A DNA stretch of 64,000 nt from an uncultured Acidobacteriota bacterium (GCA_963843885.1 CAWJMJ010000015.1:127822-191821), one strand, 5' to 3'; counted from the first letter of the stretch, positions 1 through 11,290 are shown. The notes: generated from the letters alone by a model not told the origin. Numbers and translations: made by a program.

Positions 1-765
1 CTGGACCACACCTCGTCGCAACACCGCGCGCCGCGCCGCTGCGGCAGCGTCGCGATCCGCCGGGCCGGCCGGCGTCTCGATGACCGGTCCCGAGGCCGCT
101 TCGCGTGCGATTTCCCGCACGCTCGTGCCGGTCTCGTCGAGCGTGATCTCTTCGGTGAGCCGCCATAAGGTGTCGGCGACGAGCTGCACGCGCACCCGCT
201 GGAACGTCTCGGGTGGCCGCGCGCCAGCGCGGACCACGCGCACGCCGATGTCAGCGGGCACGGCCCGCGCGTCGGCCATGTCCAGGCGGCCGCGCGTCAG
301 CGGCGCCACGATGACGATCTCGCGGCGGGTCAGGCCGTGCCCCTGCAGCCACGCCGACGCATCCGCCACGCCGGCACGCAGGTCGGCGGTGACGAAGCGC
401 CGCAGGTCGCCGCCGGCGTCACGGCGCCCGGCCGCGGCCACGGCGGGGTCCGACGCGACCTCCGGGGTGGTCACGATCGCGCGCGCGATGACCGCGTCCC
501 AGCGCGCTTGCCGGGTGGCGGTGACGAGCACCGGGCCGGCCAGGGCAACCGCGATCGCCAGGACGATGGCCACGCGCACGGCCAGCAGCCCGGGGTCGCG
601 CAGCCGCAGGTGGCGGCGAGCCGGTGCCGCCGACGGGTCGAGGAAGCGGGTGGTCGGAAAGCGCACCTGCCGGCGCCGGGGCCGCGACCGCAGGTGCGCG
701 GCGATCGGCAGCACGACCAGCGCCGCCAGCCACAGCGCCGCCGGCACGAGCCAGGCCGCGCGCAT
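1..765 (-). CDS. BatA-like aerotolerance-operon membrane protein, 5' part only (gene runs off the left edge)
   Basis: Absent from the ORF track because no stop lies in the window. Hand translation from ATG 765..763 gives MRAAWLVPAALWLAALVVLPIAAHLRSRPRRRQVRFPTTRFLDPS..., i.e. a TM helix plus the HLxxRxRRRxVxFPxxxFL signature of BatA N-terminal domain proteins. The ATG overlaps the DUF58 stop (ATGA). The position after moxR-DUF58 is canonical. Confidence 0.6.
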   Translation of the reverse strand, partial: MRAAWLVPAALWLAALVVLPIAAHLRSRPRRRQVRFPTTRFLDPSAAPARRHLRLRDPGLLAVRVAIVLAIAVALAGPVLVTATRQARWDAVIARAIVTTPEVASDPAVAAAGRRDAGGDLRRFVTADLRAGVADASAWLQGHGLTRREIVIVAPLTRGRLDMADARAVPADIGVRVVRAGARPPETFQRVRVQLVADTLWRLTEEITLDETGTSVREIAREAASGPVIETPAGPADRDAAAAARRAVLRRGVVQ

Positions 766-1624
766 CACGCCCCTCCGCGCCGCGCCAGCAGGAAGCGGCG
801 CAGCACCCGGTCGAGCCGGTCGGCCGTGGAGATACTCACCGGCTCGATGCCGTCGCGCCGCAGCGACCGGCGCAGATGGTCCCGCCAGGCGGTCAGGCGC
901 TCCTGGTAGGCGGCCCGTCCGCCCTCGGCCGCCAGCGGCCGCACCTGACCGGTCTCGGCGTCGACCAGCTCCACGTCGTCATCGACGGCCAGGGTCTGCT
1001 CTTCGACGGCCAGCGTCTGCACGGCCACGACGTCGTGGCCGGCGCGGGCGAGCCGGCGCAGCACCGGCAGGGCCGAGGTGTCGTCGTAGAAGTCGGACAC
1101 GGCGATGACCACGCCGTGACGCGGCAGGCGCGGCCCAACGCGGGCCAGCACCTCCGAGAAGGGCGCGAGCCCGTCGGGCACGAGCCGGGTCAGGCCGGCC
1201 AGCAGACGCGCCATGTGGACCACGCCGCGGCCGGCCGGCACGTGCACGGACCGCGTGCCGAGCGCCATCAGCCCGGCGGCGTCGCCTTGGTCGACGGCCA
1301 GCATGGCCAGGGCCGCCGCCACCGTCCGGGCCAGCGCGAACTTGCCGAGGAAGTCCATCGACGCCGAAGCATCGACGACCACCATCGCCACCAGGTTGGT
1401 GGTCTCGGTGAAGCGCCGCGTGTAGAGCGTCCGGGTGCGGGCGTAGACTTTCCAGTCCACGTGTTTCAGGTCGTCGCCGGGCCGGTAGTGGCGGTACTCG
1501 CGGAACTCGGCGCCGAAGCCGTGGAGGGGGCTGGCGTGCGGGCCGTGCCGCGCGCCGGTGACGGCCACGCGGGCGCGCAGTTCCAGGTCGCGGATGGCCG
1601 CGAAGTCGACGCCGTAGTCGGGCG

Positions 1625-1628
<4 letters not shown>
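765..1628 (-). CDS. DUF58 (vWA-like) protein, MoxR partner
   Basis: ORF 765..2078 trimmed to ATG 1628..1626 (MTPDYGVDFAAIRDLELRARV...), which overlaps the moxR stop (ATGA). HGFGAEFREYRHYRPGDDLKHVDWKVYARTRTLYTRRF and VVVDASASM are typical DUF58 motifs. Confidence 0.85.
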
Positions 1629-2646
<1,018 letters not shown>

Positions 2647-2652
2647 GGGCAA

Positions 2653-2658
2653 ATCTTA
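2653..2658 (-). promoter_or_regulatory. Candidate -10 box TAAGAT, 6 nt upstream of GTG 2646 (leaderless-type moxR promoter)
   Basis: Minus strand reads TAAGAT-ttgccc-GTG. It belongs to the recurrent TAnnnT-6/8-start pattern seen across the window. Confidence 0.3.
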
Positions 2659-2709
2659 CCCGACGGCCGCGGACTTCGGCGCTCTGCGCTGCACTCGGCC
2701 GTGAGGCGG

Positions 2710-3463
2710 TCAGGGCTCGGGCGGGTCGGACCGGTAGGGTTCGTGCAATCCCACCGGCTGGCCGGCCGGGCGCACGCGCAGGTTGATGACCTCGACGAAC
2801 ACCGAGAAACCCATCGCGAAGTAGACGTAGCCCTTCGGGATGTGATGACCGAGCCCCTCGCCGACCAGCGAGAGGCCGATGAGCATCAGGAAGCTGAGCG
2901 CGAGCACCTTCACGGTCGGATGCTGTCTGCACGAACGACGCCACCGAATCGGCCGACAGCATCATGATGCCGACGGCCAAGACCACGGCAATGACCATCA
3001 CCGTGATCGACTCGGCCATGCCCACCGCGGTGATCACCGAGTCCAGCGAGAAGACGATGTCGAGCAGCATGATCTGGAAGATGACGGCGCCAAACGACGG
3101 CGCCACGCGGGCCGACCGCTCCCCTTCCACGCCTTCGAGCTTCTCGTGGATCTCGAGGGTGGCCTTGGCCAGCAGGAACAGGCCGCCGCCAAGCAGGATC
3201 AGGTCGCGGCCCGAGATGTCGCGGCCGAACACCGAGAAGAGCGGTTCGGTGAGCCGCACGATCCACGCCAGCGAGAACAGCAGCAGGATGCGCATGACCA
3301 TGGCGGCCATGAGGCCGACGCGGCGGGCGCGGGCCTGATCCTTCTCGGGCAGTTTGCCAGCCAGGATCGAGATGAAGATGACGTTGTCGACGCCCAGCAC
3401 GACCTCGAGGGCCGTCAGGGTGACGAGCGCAATGAGGTTGTCGGCGGTGAGGAGCGCGTCCAT
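2710..3463 (-). pseudogene. TerC-family integral membrane protein with one frameshift near 2925
   Basis: The N-terminal 180 aa lie in ORF 1625..3463 (MDALLTADNLIALVTLTALEVVLGVDNVIFISILAGKLP...). The C-terminus lies in ORF 2710..2913 ([44 protein letters not shown]). Removing one base around 2923-2929 joins them (..[13 protein letters not shown]..). Length is 3n+1. Confidence 0.8.
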
Positions 3464-3481
3464 GGCCGGTTCCCGGTGTGG

Positions 3482-3850
3482 CTACGCGCCCGCTGGCCGT
3501 CGCGGCTTGTGGGCGCAGGTGCTGCTGTTCACGCAGGCGTCGGCCAGGCGCAGCCGCTCGACCGGTTCGCCCCGGAGCAGATGCCGGTCGACGATGTCGG
3601 CGACGTCGGCCGCCGTGACGTGGCCGTACCAGACGCCTTCCGGGTAGACCACCACGGTCGGACCGTGTTCGCACTGGTCGAGGCAGCCCGCCTTGTTGGC
3701 GCGCACGGTGCGCTGCAGCCCGCGTTCGGCGACGGCCTGCTTGAAGAGCTTGTGAAGCACTCCGTCGCCGGCCGGGTCGCACGAACCGCGCGGATGCCCA
3801 GGCTCCCGGGTGTTGCCGCAAACGAAGACGTGACGGGCATACGGCGGCAT
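3482..3850 (-). CDS. Thioredoxin-like [2Fe-2S] ferredoxin
   Basis: ORF 3482..3913 trimmed to ATG 3850 (MPPYARHVFVCGNTREPGHPRGSCDPAGDG...CLDQCEHGPTVVVYPEGVWYGHV). The Cys pattern and the VVYPEG.WY motif fit the (2Fe-2S) ferredoxin family. The start overlaps the upstream stop (ATGA). Confidence 0.75.
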   Translation of the reverse strand: MPPYARHVFVCGNTREPGHPRGSCDPAGDGVLHKLFKQAVAERGLQRTVRANKAGCLDQCEHGPTVVVYPEGVWYGHVTAADVADIVDRHLLRGEPVERLRLADACVNSSTCAHKPRRPAGA

Positions 3851-4359
3851 CAGCCGCGCTCGGCCAGTTCGGGGCGATCCTGCAGCGCGCCCCAGGTGTC
3901 GGGGTCCTGCCACAGCAGCGTCCAGAAGTAGCGCCCGACGTCGGCCTTCGGGTAGGCCGCCGACAGCGTGTCGGCCGCCGTCGCGATCTGCTCGGCCGTG
4001 GGCGTCTTGGGCGTCTCGTCTTCGATCAGCCCATCGACGTGCGCGATGCCAAGGGCGTCGAGGAACGCACCCATCATCGGCCGCTGGTGCTCGAGGTGAT
4101 AGACGACCAGGAGGCGGGCGGCCAGCAGGTCGGAGACCTGCGGCAGCCCGGCCAGGTACTTGGCCCGGCGATCGGTGGACAGCGTCTGGACGCTGCGCGG
4201 CCGGAACTTGATCTGCCGGGCGATGAGCGCGATCGCTTCGGCCTGCTCGAGGGCGGCGTTCTCGTCGGACCAGAAGGCGGTGGCGGCAGCGGTCTTCACG
4301 GCGGCAGGCATCGACCGCCAGAGCTTGGCGGGCCGCATTTCCTCGGACATGGACGACAT
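3850..4359 (-). CDS. Hypothetical soluble protein (169 aa), translationally coupled to the ferredoxin
   Basis: Intact ORF with normal, non-Arg/Pro-biased composition and no TM segment. I recognise no motif. Confidence 0.55.
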   Translation of the reverse strand: MSSMSEEMRPAKLWRSMPAAVKTAAATAFWSDENAALEQAEAIALIARQIKFRPRSVQTLSTDRRAKYLAGLPQVSDLLAARLLVVYHLEHQRPMMGAFLDALGIAHVDGLIEDETPKTPTAEQIATAADTLSAAYPKADVGRYFWTLLWQDPDTWGALQDRPELAERG

Positions 4360-4369
4360 AAGCGTTCCC

Positions 4370-4378
4370 AGGATAGCA
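4370..4378 (-). promoter_or_regulatory. Candidate extended -10 TGcTATCCT, 10 nt upstream of ATG 4359
   Basis: Minus strand reads TGCTATCCT-gggaacgctt-ATG, directly after the mreB hairpin. Confidence 0.3.
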
Positions 4379-4380
4379 AA

Positions 4381-4399
4381 CCCCCGAGCGCGGCGGGGG
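4381..4399 (-). terminator. Weak intrinsic-terminator-like hairpin after mreB
   Basis: Minus-strand RNA: CCCCCG-ccgcgcu-CGGGGG followed by UUUGCU. The stem is 6 GC pairs and the U tract is short. Confidence 0.3.
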
Positions 4400-4489
4400 A
4401 ATGTCGGAACGCGCCCGCGCAGGCGGCGCTAGGCGCCGCGGGCGCGGCTGCCCTGGCCCGGCCCCTTCACGACCGCGGGCGGCGGGCCG

Positions 4490-5515
4490 CTACGACGCGC
4501 ACGCGACACGGCGCAGCAAGGCCATGTCGCTGAGCATCCGCCCCGCGCCTTGCACGACCGAGGTCAGCGGATCGGCGGCCACCTGGACGGGCACGCCGGT
4601 TTCCTGACGCAGCCGCTCGTCGAGCCGGGTCAGCAGGGCTCCGCCGCCGGTGAGGACCATGCCCTGCCCGTAGATGTCAGCGGCGATTTCAGGCGGCACG
4701 CACTCGAGCGCGTTCCTGACCGCGGTGCAGATGGCACGCACCGGATCGGCCAGGGCCTCGCGCACTTCGGTCTCGGTGATGTCGACGATGCGCGGGCGGC
4801 CTTCCCGCATGCAGCGGCCGCGCACTTCCATCTCGCGCACGGGCTCGCCGGCGCAGGCCGAACCGAGGCGGATCTTCACGTCCTCGGCAGTGCGCTCGCC
4901 GATGAGCAGGCCGTGGCGGCGACGCATGAAGCTGATGATGGCGTCGTCCATGTGGTTGCCGGCGATCCGGATGGCGCTCGTGTAGACCATGCCGCCAAGC
5001 GAGATGACGGCGATGTCGGTGGTGCCGCCGCCGATGTCGACGACCATGCTGCCGGTGGCCTCCGTGACCGGCAGGCCGGCGCCGATGGCCGCGGCCATCG
5101 GCTCCTCCACCAGGTGCACTTCGCTGGCCCGGGCGCGGTAGGCGCTGTCGACCACGGCGCGGCGTTCCACCTGGGTGATGCTCGAGGGGATGCCGATGAC
5201 CAGGCGCGTGCGCCGCCAGGTGACGCTGCCCTGTGCCTTGCGGATCAGGTGGCTGAGCAACCGCTCGGCGGCTTCGAAGTCGGCGATGACGCCGTCGCGC
5301 AGCGGCCGGATGGTGGTGATGTTGGCCGGGGTGCGGCCGAGCATGGCATGCGCCGCGTGGCCGACCGCTTCGGTCTTGTCGCTCTGGGTGTTGATGGCGA
5401 CAATCGAGGGTTCGTCGACGACGATGCCCCGCCCCAAGGCGAAGACCACCGTGTTGGCGGTACCGAGATCCACGGCGAAATCGCGGGCGGCGAAGGGCAG
5501 AACGTTCAGCAGCAT
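4490..5515 (-). CDS. mreB: Rod-shape-determining actin homologue MreB
   Basis: ORF 4490..5644 trimmed to ATG 5515 (MLLNVLPFAARDFAVDLGTANTVVFALGRGIVVDEPS...MVVDIGGGTTDIAVISLGG...GMVLTGGGALL). These are the classic MreB/actin-fold phosphate and adenosine motifs. Confidence 0.9.
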   Translation of the reverse strand: MLLNVLPFAARDFAVDLGTANTVVFALGRGIVVDEPSIVAINTQSDKTEAVGHAAHAMLGRTPANITTIRPLRDGVIADFEAAERLLSHLIRKAQGSVTWRRTRLVIGIPSSITQVERRAVVDSAYRARASEVHLVEEPMAAAIGAGLPVTEATGSMVVDIGGGTTDIAVISLGGMVYTSAIRIAGNHMDDAIISFMRRRHGLLIGERTAEDVKIRLGSACAGEPVREMEVRGRCMREGRPRIVDITETEVREALADPVRAICTAVRNALECVPPEIAADIYGQGMVLTGGGALLTRLDERLRQETGVPVQVAADPLTSVVQGAGRMLSDMALLRRVACAS

Positions 5516-5691
5516 GGCTCGGTTACTCGGGGGAATGGGGCGCGATGGTAGCGGCGGTGGTGGCAAGTGACGTGCCGGAACGGCTGACCCGGCACATTTT
5601 CCGCGTCGCCCCGTGCAATCATGGGTGAAGTCGGCCAGTTCCAACGGTTTTCACCGGGTTGGCGCCATGTCGGGCGGCCGGTCTCGACGGG

Positions 5692-5697
5692 TAGGAT
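5692..5697 (+). promoter_or_regulatory. Possible -10 box TAGGAT for gdh (about 95-nt leader)
   Basis: This is the only TAnnnT on the plus strand in the mreB/gdh divergent region. gdh itself has an AGGAG Shine-Dalgarno 9 nt upstream of its ATG. Confidence 0.25.
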
Positions 5698-5725
5698 TGA
5701 CGGCGGCCAGACAATTTTGTCGAAA

Positions 5726-5745
5726 AGTGTCAACCGGCTGACACT
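5726..5745. promoter_or_regulatory. Perfect 7-bp inverted repeat AGTGTCA-n6-TGACACT in the gdh leader (operator or RNA hairpin candidate)
   Basis: Read directly. It lies about 50 nt upstream of gdh ATG 5794. A second small palindrome, GACAA-tt-TTGTC, lies at 5710-5721. Confidence 0.25.
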
Positions 5746-5793
5746 GCCCGGCTGGCCGGCCGAGCGGCCGGCGACTGCTCAGGAGCCTAACAG

Positions 5794-7212
5794 ATGAGTG
5801 CCACGACCGAGAGCTTCTTTGATCAGGTCACCCGCTATTTCGACGACGCGGCCCGGTTCACCAGTTACCCGGAGGGGCTGCTGAGCCAGATCCGGTGCTG
5901 CAACAGCATCTACCGCTTCGATTTCCCGCTGCGCCGCGCCGACGGCCGGATCGAGGTGATCCGGGCCTGGCGGGTCGAGCACAGCCATCACAAGCTGCCG
6001 ACCAAAGGCGGCATCCGCTTCGCGCCTGACGTGCACGAGGAAGAAGTGATGGCGCTGGCCGCGCTCATGACCTACAAGTGCTCGATTGTCGACGTGCCCT
6101 ACGGCGGCGCCAAGGGCGGCATCAAGATCGACCCGAAGGACTACACGGTCGAGGAACTCGAGCGCATCACCCGGCGCTACACCCACGAACTGGTGAAGAA
6201 GAGCTTCATCGGTCCGGGCATCGACGTGCCGGCGCCCGACTACGGCACCGGCGAACGCGAGATGGCGTGGATCGCCGACACCTATTCGGCGCTCCACCCG
6301 GGCGACCTCGACGCCATCGGCTGCGTCACCGGCAAGCCGCTGGCCCAGGGCGGCGTGAACGGCCGGCGCGAGGCCACCGGGCGCGGCCTGTTCTTCGCCA
6401 TCCGCGAAGCGTGCGCGCAGGCCGACGACATGAAGAAGCTCGGCCTGCCCCCCGGCCTCGAGGGCAAACGGGTGGTCGTGCAGGGGCTCGGCAACGTCGG
6501 CTATCACGCCGCCAAGTTCTGCCGGGAGGCCGGCGCGCTGATTGTCGCCATCGCCGAACGCGAAGGCGCCATCGCCAACCCGAACGGGCTGCACGAAGAC
6601 GAGGTGTTCCAGCACCGGAAAAACGGCGGCTCGATCCTCACCTTCCCCGGGGCCACCCCGCTGGCCGATACCGCCGCCGCGCTCGAGATGGCGTGCGACA
6701 TCCTCATCCCGGCCGCCCTCGAAAACCAGTTCACCGCCGACAACGCGCCGCGCGTGCAGGCGAAGATCATCCTGGAAGGCGCCAACGGCCCGACCACGCC
6801 CGACGCCGATCCCATCTTCCGGCAGAAAGGCGTGCTGGTCATTCCCGACATCTACGCCAACGCCGGCGGCGTCACCGTGTCGTACTTCGAGTGGTTGAAG
6901 AACCTGTCGCACGTGCGCTTCGGGCGTCTGTCGAAGCGCCACGAGGAAGCCAACGAGCGGCAGATGCTCAAGGCCATCGAGCTGGCCACCGGCAAGCCGT
7001 TCACCGACGAGCAGCGCGCCGATCTGGCCAAGGGCCCCTCCGAACTCGACCTCGTGAACTCAGGGCTCGAGGAGACGATGATCAACGCCTACCACGGCCT
7101 GCGCGACACGCGGGCGTCGCACCCCGAGGTGCCCGACCTGCGCACCGCCGCGTTCCTGACCGCCATCCACAAGGTGGCGCGCAGCTACATGGAGCTGGGT
7201 ATCTTCCCGTAA
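5794..7212 (+). CDS. gdh: Glutamate dehydrogenase (Glu/Leu/Phe/Val dehydrogenase family)
   Basis: Intact 472-aa [47 protein letters not shown] contains the catalytic Lys region. [12 protein letters not shown] is the Rossmann motif. Confidence 0.9.
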   Translation: MSATTESFFDQVTRYFDDAARFTSYPEGLLSQIRCCNSIYRFDFPLRRADGRIEVIRAWRVEHSHHKLPTKGGIRFAPDVHEEEVMALAALMTYKCSIVDVPYGGAKGGIKIDPKDYTVEELERITRRYTHELVKKSFIGPGIDVPAPDYGTGEREMAWIADTYSALHPGDLDAIGCVTGKPLAQGGVNGRREATGRGLFFAIREACAQADDMKKLGLPPGLEGKRVVVQGLGNVGYHAAKFCREAGALIVAIAEREGAIANPNGLHEDEVFQHRKNGGSILTFPGATPLADTAAALEMACDILIPAALENQFTADNAPRVQAKIILEGANGPTTPDADPIFRQKGVLVIPDIYANAGGVTVSYFEWLKNLSHVRFGRLSKRHEEANERQMLKAIELATGKPFTDEQRADLAKGPSELDLVNSGLEETMINAYHGLRDTRASHPEVPDLRTAAFLTAIHKVARSYMELGIFP

Positions 7213-7233
7213 GCGGCCACGGCGGCCGCTTAC
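7209..7233. terminator. 10-bp perfect hairpin between convergent gdh and the S9 peptidase gene
   Basis: GTAAGCGGCC-acggc-GGCCGCTTAC. The gdh stop TAA lies inside the stem. There is no U tract on either strand. Confidence 0.45.
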
Positions 7234-7235
7234 GC

Positions 7236-9506
7236 TCAGCGCCGCGGAGCCTTGAGGTAGCGGTCGAAGTACTGCGTGAGCTTGCGGAAGAAGTAGACGG
7301 CGTAGTGCTCGCGCGCCGACCAGGCGTGGGTGGCCGCCGGCGCGGTGGCGAGGTCGAAGTCCTGGCCGAGCAGCATGAGCCGTTCGGCCAGGGCCAGGGT
7401 GGTGCGGAAGGGCACCACGTCGTCCATCATGCCGTGGATGATGAGCAGGTGGTCGCGCAGGTCGGCCCCCAGTTCCTGCGCCGAGCCGCGGACGAAGGCC
7501 TCGGGGTGGGTATCGGGCGCGCGCGTGATGGCCACGTCGTCGGGACCGAAGGCGTAGGGGTCGGTGGCCGGGGCGCCGGCCACGCCGACGGCGAACATGC
7601 CCGGGCGCTTGAGCAGGGCGTAGGCGCTCAGCAGCCCGCCGTAGCTGCTGCCGAAGATGCCCATGCGTTGTCCGTCCACGTAGGGCAACGCCTTCAGCCC
7701 GTCGACGACGGCCTGCAGGTCGTCGAGATCCTTGCCGCCGTAGTCCATCAGGAACGCCTCGCGGAAGGCGCGCCCGTAGCCGACGCTGCCGCGCACGTCC
7801 ACCTGCACCACGATGTAGCCCTGCTGCACCAGGAACTGCTGCAGCGTGCCGTTCACGCCGCCCCACCGGTTGCGCACGGTGTTCGAGTAGATCGGCCCGA
7901 AGATCACCGGATGCCGCTTGCTGCGGTCGAGGTCGGCCGGTTCCTGAATGCGGGCGTGCACCGTGAAGCCGTCGACGCGGTTGGTGAACGTCTGGTAGCG
8001 CGCGCGCACCCAGCGCTGCGCCGCGAACTCCGGCGGTGGCGAGGTGGTGACCCGGGTCAGCATGCTGCCCGGCCGGGCCTCCCCCACCAGCAGTTCGGGC
8101 GGGGTGACGTCGTCGGACCACAACGACGCGAGCGTGCGGCCGTCGGGTGACAGCACCGGGACGTGGACCCCGGGCCGCGACGTCAGGGCCACCGGAGCGG
8201 TGTCGTCCGGGCCGAGCCGGTAGACGTGCCGCTCGTACGGACTTCGGCCCGTGCCCGTGAAGTAGAGCGCCCTGGTCGCAGCGTGGGCGATGACGGTAGC
8301 GGCGCCACGCTCGCCGGCCACGTCCCAGGTGCCGGGGGTGAGCGCGACCGGCGCCGGCCGGACGGCATCGGGGTCGATGGCGAAAAGTTGGTCGCGCTCG
8401 CCGAGGTCGGCGACCACGACGATGCGCGTGCCGTCCGGGTGCCAGCGGGCCACGTAAGCGGGATAGATGCGCGAGTCGCGGCGGTCGTGCCAGACGACCT
8501 TCGGCGTGGCCGTGCCGGGCTCGACGACGTAGAGCCAGCGCTCGGCGCCGGTGTCCGACACCTGATCGATGAGCAGCCGCCCCGACGGCGACCACTGGAA
8601 GTCGCTGATGCCACGCCGTCCCGGCGCCTCCAGGGCGACCGGCTCGATCGTGCCGGTGTCGACGCGCAGCAGCGACAGCGTCCGCCGCTCGTTCTCGTCG
8701 CCGGGATAGCCGCGGCGCAGCGCGTTCTCGACCGTCTCGGGGCCGAGGTAATACGGAAACGGCACCGCCCGCAGGTGCCGGCGGTCCGAGGCATGGAACG
8801 CGATCGTCCGGCCGTCGGGCGACCACGCGTAAGGCAGCCAGTCGGCGCCCCACACGCCGGTGCCGACCTCGCGATCGGGTTTGTTGTAGCTGCCGAGCGG
8901 CACCGTGCCGATGCCCGCGACGCCGATCGTGGTCAGGCGCGCGGCCGTGGCCGCGCCGCGAGTCCACAGCCACAAGTCGCCGTCGCGCAGGAACGTGATG
9001 CGGGCGCCGTCGGGCGAGAGCGCCACGTCCGACACGTCCTCCCCCACCGGCAGACGCTCGGGCGCCCCGCCGCTGGCGGCGACGCGGAAGAGGCGGCCGC
9101 GATGCACGACCAGCAGCGCGCCGTCGGGCGTCCACAGCAGTTCGCTGGCGCCGGTGCGGGCGCGCGCGGCCACGCGGGCGGCGAGGTCGGCGGTGCGGTT
9201 CCCCGCTGGCAGCGCGGGCGGGGGCTCGACGCGCTGGAAGTCGGTGACGCGGCGCAGGCCGGTGCCGTCGGCGGCCGCCGTCCACACGTCGCGGTAGGGC
9301 CAGCCGCCGTCATTCCACAGGAACGCGACGCGGCTGCTGTCGGGCGCCCAGGTGATTGCCGTCGGGGCCGTGCCAATCAGGCTCGGCAGAGAGGCCACGC
9401 GTTCGACGGTCAGGACCGGCGCCGTCGCGGACTGGCTCGAGCCCGCGGCCGGCAGTGCCAGCAGGCCGGGAATCAACAGCAGGAGGGGAAGGGACACGCG
9501 CGCCAT
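7236..9506 (-). CDS. Secreted S9-family serine peptidase (beta-propeller plus alpha/beta-hydrolase)
   Basis: ORF 7236..9827 trimmed to ATG 9506 (MARVSLPLLLLIPGLLALPAAGSS signal). Repeated SPDG propeller motifs are present. The C-terminal domain carries GIFGSSYGG (nucleophile elbow) and HGMMDDVV. Confidence 0.85.
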   Translation of the reverse strand: MARVSLPLLLLIPGLLALPAAGSSQSATAPVLTVERVASLPSLIGTAPTAITWAPDSSRVAFLWNDGGWPYRDVWTAAADGTGLRRVTDFQRVEPPPALPAGNRTADLAARVAARARTGASELLWTPDGALLVVHRGRLFRVAASGGAPERLPVGEDVSDVALSPDGARITFLRDGDLWLWTRGAATAARLTTIGVAGIGTVPLGSYNKPDREVGTGVWGADWLPYAWSPDGRTIAFHASDRRHLRAVPFPYYLGPETVENALRRGYPGDENERRTLSLLRVDTGTIEPVALEAPGRRGISDFQWSPSGRLLIDQVSDTGAERWLYVVEPGTATPKVVWHDRRDSRIYPAYVARWHPDGTRIVVVADLGERDQLFAIDPDAVRPAPVALTPGTWDVAGERGAATVIAHAATRALYFTGTGRSPYERHVYRLGPDDTAPVALTSRPGVHVPVLSPDGRTLASLWSDDVTPPELLVGEARPGSMLTRVTTSPPPEFAAQRWVRARYQTFTNRVDGFTVHARIQEPADLDRSKRHPVIFGPIYSNTVRNRWGGVNGTLQQFLVQQGYIVVQVDVRGSVGYGRAFREAFLMDYGGKDLDDLQAVVDGLKALPYVDGQRMGIFGSSYGGLLSAYALLKRPGMFAVGVAGAPATDPYAFGPDDVAITRAPDTHPEAFVRGSAQELGADLRDHLLIIHGMMDDVVPFRTTLALAERLMLLGQDFDLATAPAATHAWSAREHYAVYFFRKLTQYFDRYLKAPRR

Positions 9507-9514
9507 GGGCCACC

Positions 9515-9520
9515 ACGATA
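9515..9520 (-). promoter_or_regulatory. Candidate -10 box TATCGT, 8 nt upstream of ATG 9506
   Basis: Minus strand reads TATCGT-ggtggccc-ATG. No Shine-Dalgarno is present. Confidence 0.35.
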
Positions 9521-9581
9521 AACCGATTGGCGTGGGCCCGTCGCCTCGCGCCGGCGGCTGGCCCCATCCTCGGCCCTCGGG

Positions 9582-9587
9582 TAGACT
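9582..9587 (+). promoter_or_regulatory. Candidate -10 box TAGACT, 8 nt upstream of ATG 9596
   Basis: Plus strand reads TAGACT-ggccggcg-ATG. It is divergent from the S9 promoter within a 90-bp gap. Confidence 0.35.
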
Positions 9588-9595
9588 GGCCGGCG

Positions 9596-11290
9596 ATGCG
9601 CTCCTCACTGGTCCGGGTGGTCGTCGGCACCGCGCTCGCCATCGTCGGTCTGGCCGGGTCGGCCGCCGCCGATCCGCTCGACGATCTGGCCCGCGATTTC
9701 TGGACGTGGCGGGCCGTGACGCAGCCATCGTCGAGCGACGACATCCCGCGCCTCGACCGCCCCGCCGGCTGGCTGCCGGACTGGTCGGCCGCGGCCATGG
9801 CCAGCCGCCGCGCCACCCTGGCGGCACTGACCGCGCGCCATGCCGCGCTCGACGCGTCGTCGTGGCCGGTGCCGCGCCAGGTCGATCATCGGCTGATCGG
9901 CTCGGCCCTGGCGCGCGTGCGCTGGGAACTCGACGGCGCGCCGGCGTGGCGCCGCGACCCGGCCTTCTACATCCAGCAGGCGCTCGGGCCGGTGTTCGAC
10001 GTGCTCGTGCCGGTGCCGCCGGTGAGCGCGGCGCGCGCCGACCTCGTCGTGGAGCGGCTCGCGCACGTGCCGCGGATGGTCGAGCAGGCGAAAGCCAACC
10101 TCGACGACGCCCGCGCGCCCTTTGCCCGCCTGGCCATCGACACGCTCGCCGACATCGACACGCGGCTGACGACGCTGGCCCGCGAACTCGACGCCGCCGT
10201 GCCCAGCCACCGCGGCCGCTTCGCCGCGCCGGCCGCCACCGCCGCCACGGCGCTCATCGACCTGCGCCGCTGGCTCGACGCGCGGCTGCCGCAGATGAAC
10301 GCCGACACCGTGGTCGGCCGCGAGGCCTACGTGCGCTTCCTGCGCGAGGTGGCGCTCGTGCCCTACGCGCCCGACGAGCTGCTGGCCATGGGCCGGCAGG
10401 AATGGGAACGCGCCGTGGCCTTCGAGGCGTTGGAGCAGGCCCGCAACCGGGCGCTGCCGCCGCTGCCGATTTTTCCCGATGCCGCCACGCAGGTCGCGAC
10501 CTCGGCCCGGCAGGAAGGCGAGATCCGCCAGTTCCTCGAACGCGCCGACCTGCTCACCGTGCCGCCGGGGGTGCAGCACTACCTGAACCAGCTGCTGCCG
10601 CCGTACCTGGCGCCGCTGGCGTTTCTCGGGGTGACCGACGACCTCACCGGGCCGGCGCGCCTGCACGAGAACGCGGTCAGCTACATCCGCGCGCCCCGTC
10701 CCGACCTGCCCTACTTCTACTTGTCAACGGCCCGCGACCCGCGGCCGATCATCGTGCACGAGGGCGTGCCGGGCCACTATCTGCAGCTGGCCATCGCCTG
10801 GGCACACGAGAATCCCATTCGCCGCCATTACTACGACTCGGGCGCCAACGAAGGGCTGGGGTTCTACGCCGAGGAGATGATGCTGCAGGCCGGGCTGTGG
10901 GCCGACAGCCCGCGCACCCGCGAGATCATCTACAACTTCGCGCGGTTGCGCTCGCTGCGCGTCGAAGTCGACGTCAAGCTGGCGACCGGGATGTTCACCA
11001 TCGCGCAGGCCGCCGATTACCTCGAGAAGACGGTGCCGATGGACCATGGCACCGCGCTCGACGAAGCCGCGTCGTTTGCCGCCGGTCCCGGTCAGGGCAT
11101 CACCTATCAGATCGGCAAGCTCCAGATCACGAGCCTGCTCGCCGACGCGCGGCGGGTGCAGGGCGAGCGCTTCTCGCTGCGCGCGTTCCATGACTTCCTG
11201 TGGAAGAACGGCAACGTGCCGCTCGCGTTGCTGCGCTGGGAACTGCTCGGCGACCGACGCGACATCGACCGGCTGGACACGCCGCACTGA
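9596..11290 (+). CDS. DUF885-family secreted metallo-hydrolase-like protein
   Basis: ORF 9356..11290 trimmed to ATG 9596 (MRSSLVRVVVGTALAIVGLAGSAAA signal). HEGVPGHYLQ matches the DUF885 HExxPGHxxQ motif. The C-terminus is GQGITYQIGKLQI...FHDFLWKNGNVPLALL. Confidence 0.8.
   Translation: MRSSLVRVVVGTALAIVGLAGSAAADPLDDLARDFWTWRAVTQPSSSDDIPRLDRPAGWLPDWSAAAMASRRATLAALTARHAALDASSWPVPRQVDHRLIGSALARVRWELDGAPAWRRDPAFYIQQALGPVFDVLVPVPPVSAARADLVVERLAHVPRMVEQAKANLDDARAPFARLAIDTLADIDTRLTTLARELDAAVPSHRGRFAAPAATAATALIDLRRWLDARLPQMNADTVVGREAYVRFLREVALVPYAPDELLAMGRQEWERAVAFEALEQARNRALPPLPIFPDAATQVATSARQEGEIRQFLERADLLTVPPGVQHYLNQLLPPYLAPLAFLGVTDDLTGPARLHENAVSYIRAPRPDLPYFYLSTARDPRPIIVHEGVPGHYLQLAIAWAHENPIRRHYYDSGANEGLGFYAEEMMLQAGLWADSPRTREIIYNFARLRSLRVEVDVKLATGMFTIAQAADYLEKTVPMDHGTALDEAASFAAGPGQGITYQIGKLQITSLLADARRVQGERFSLRAFHDFLWKNGNVPLALLRWELLGDRRDIDRLDTPH

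Noticed and set aside
7060-9521. 741-aa and 452-aa ORFs overlapping the first S9 peptidase
   Set aside because: These are out-of-frame or antisense shadow ORFs dominated by Arg, Pro and Gly.
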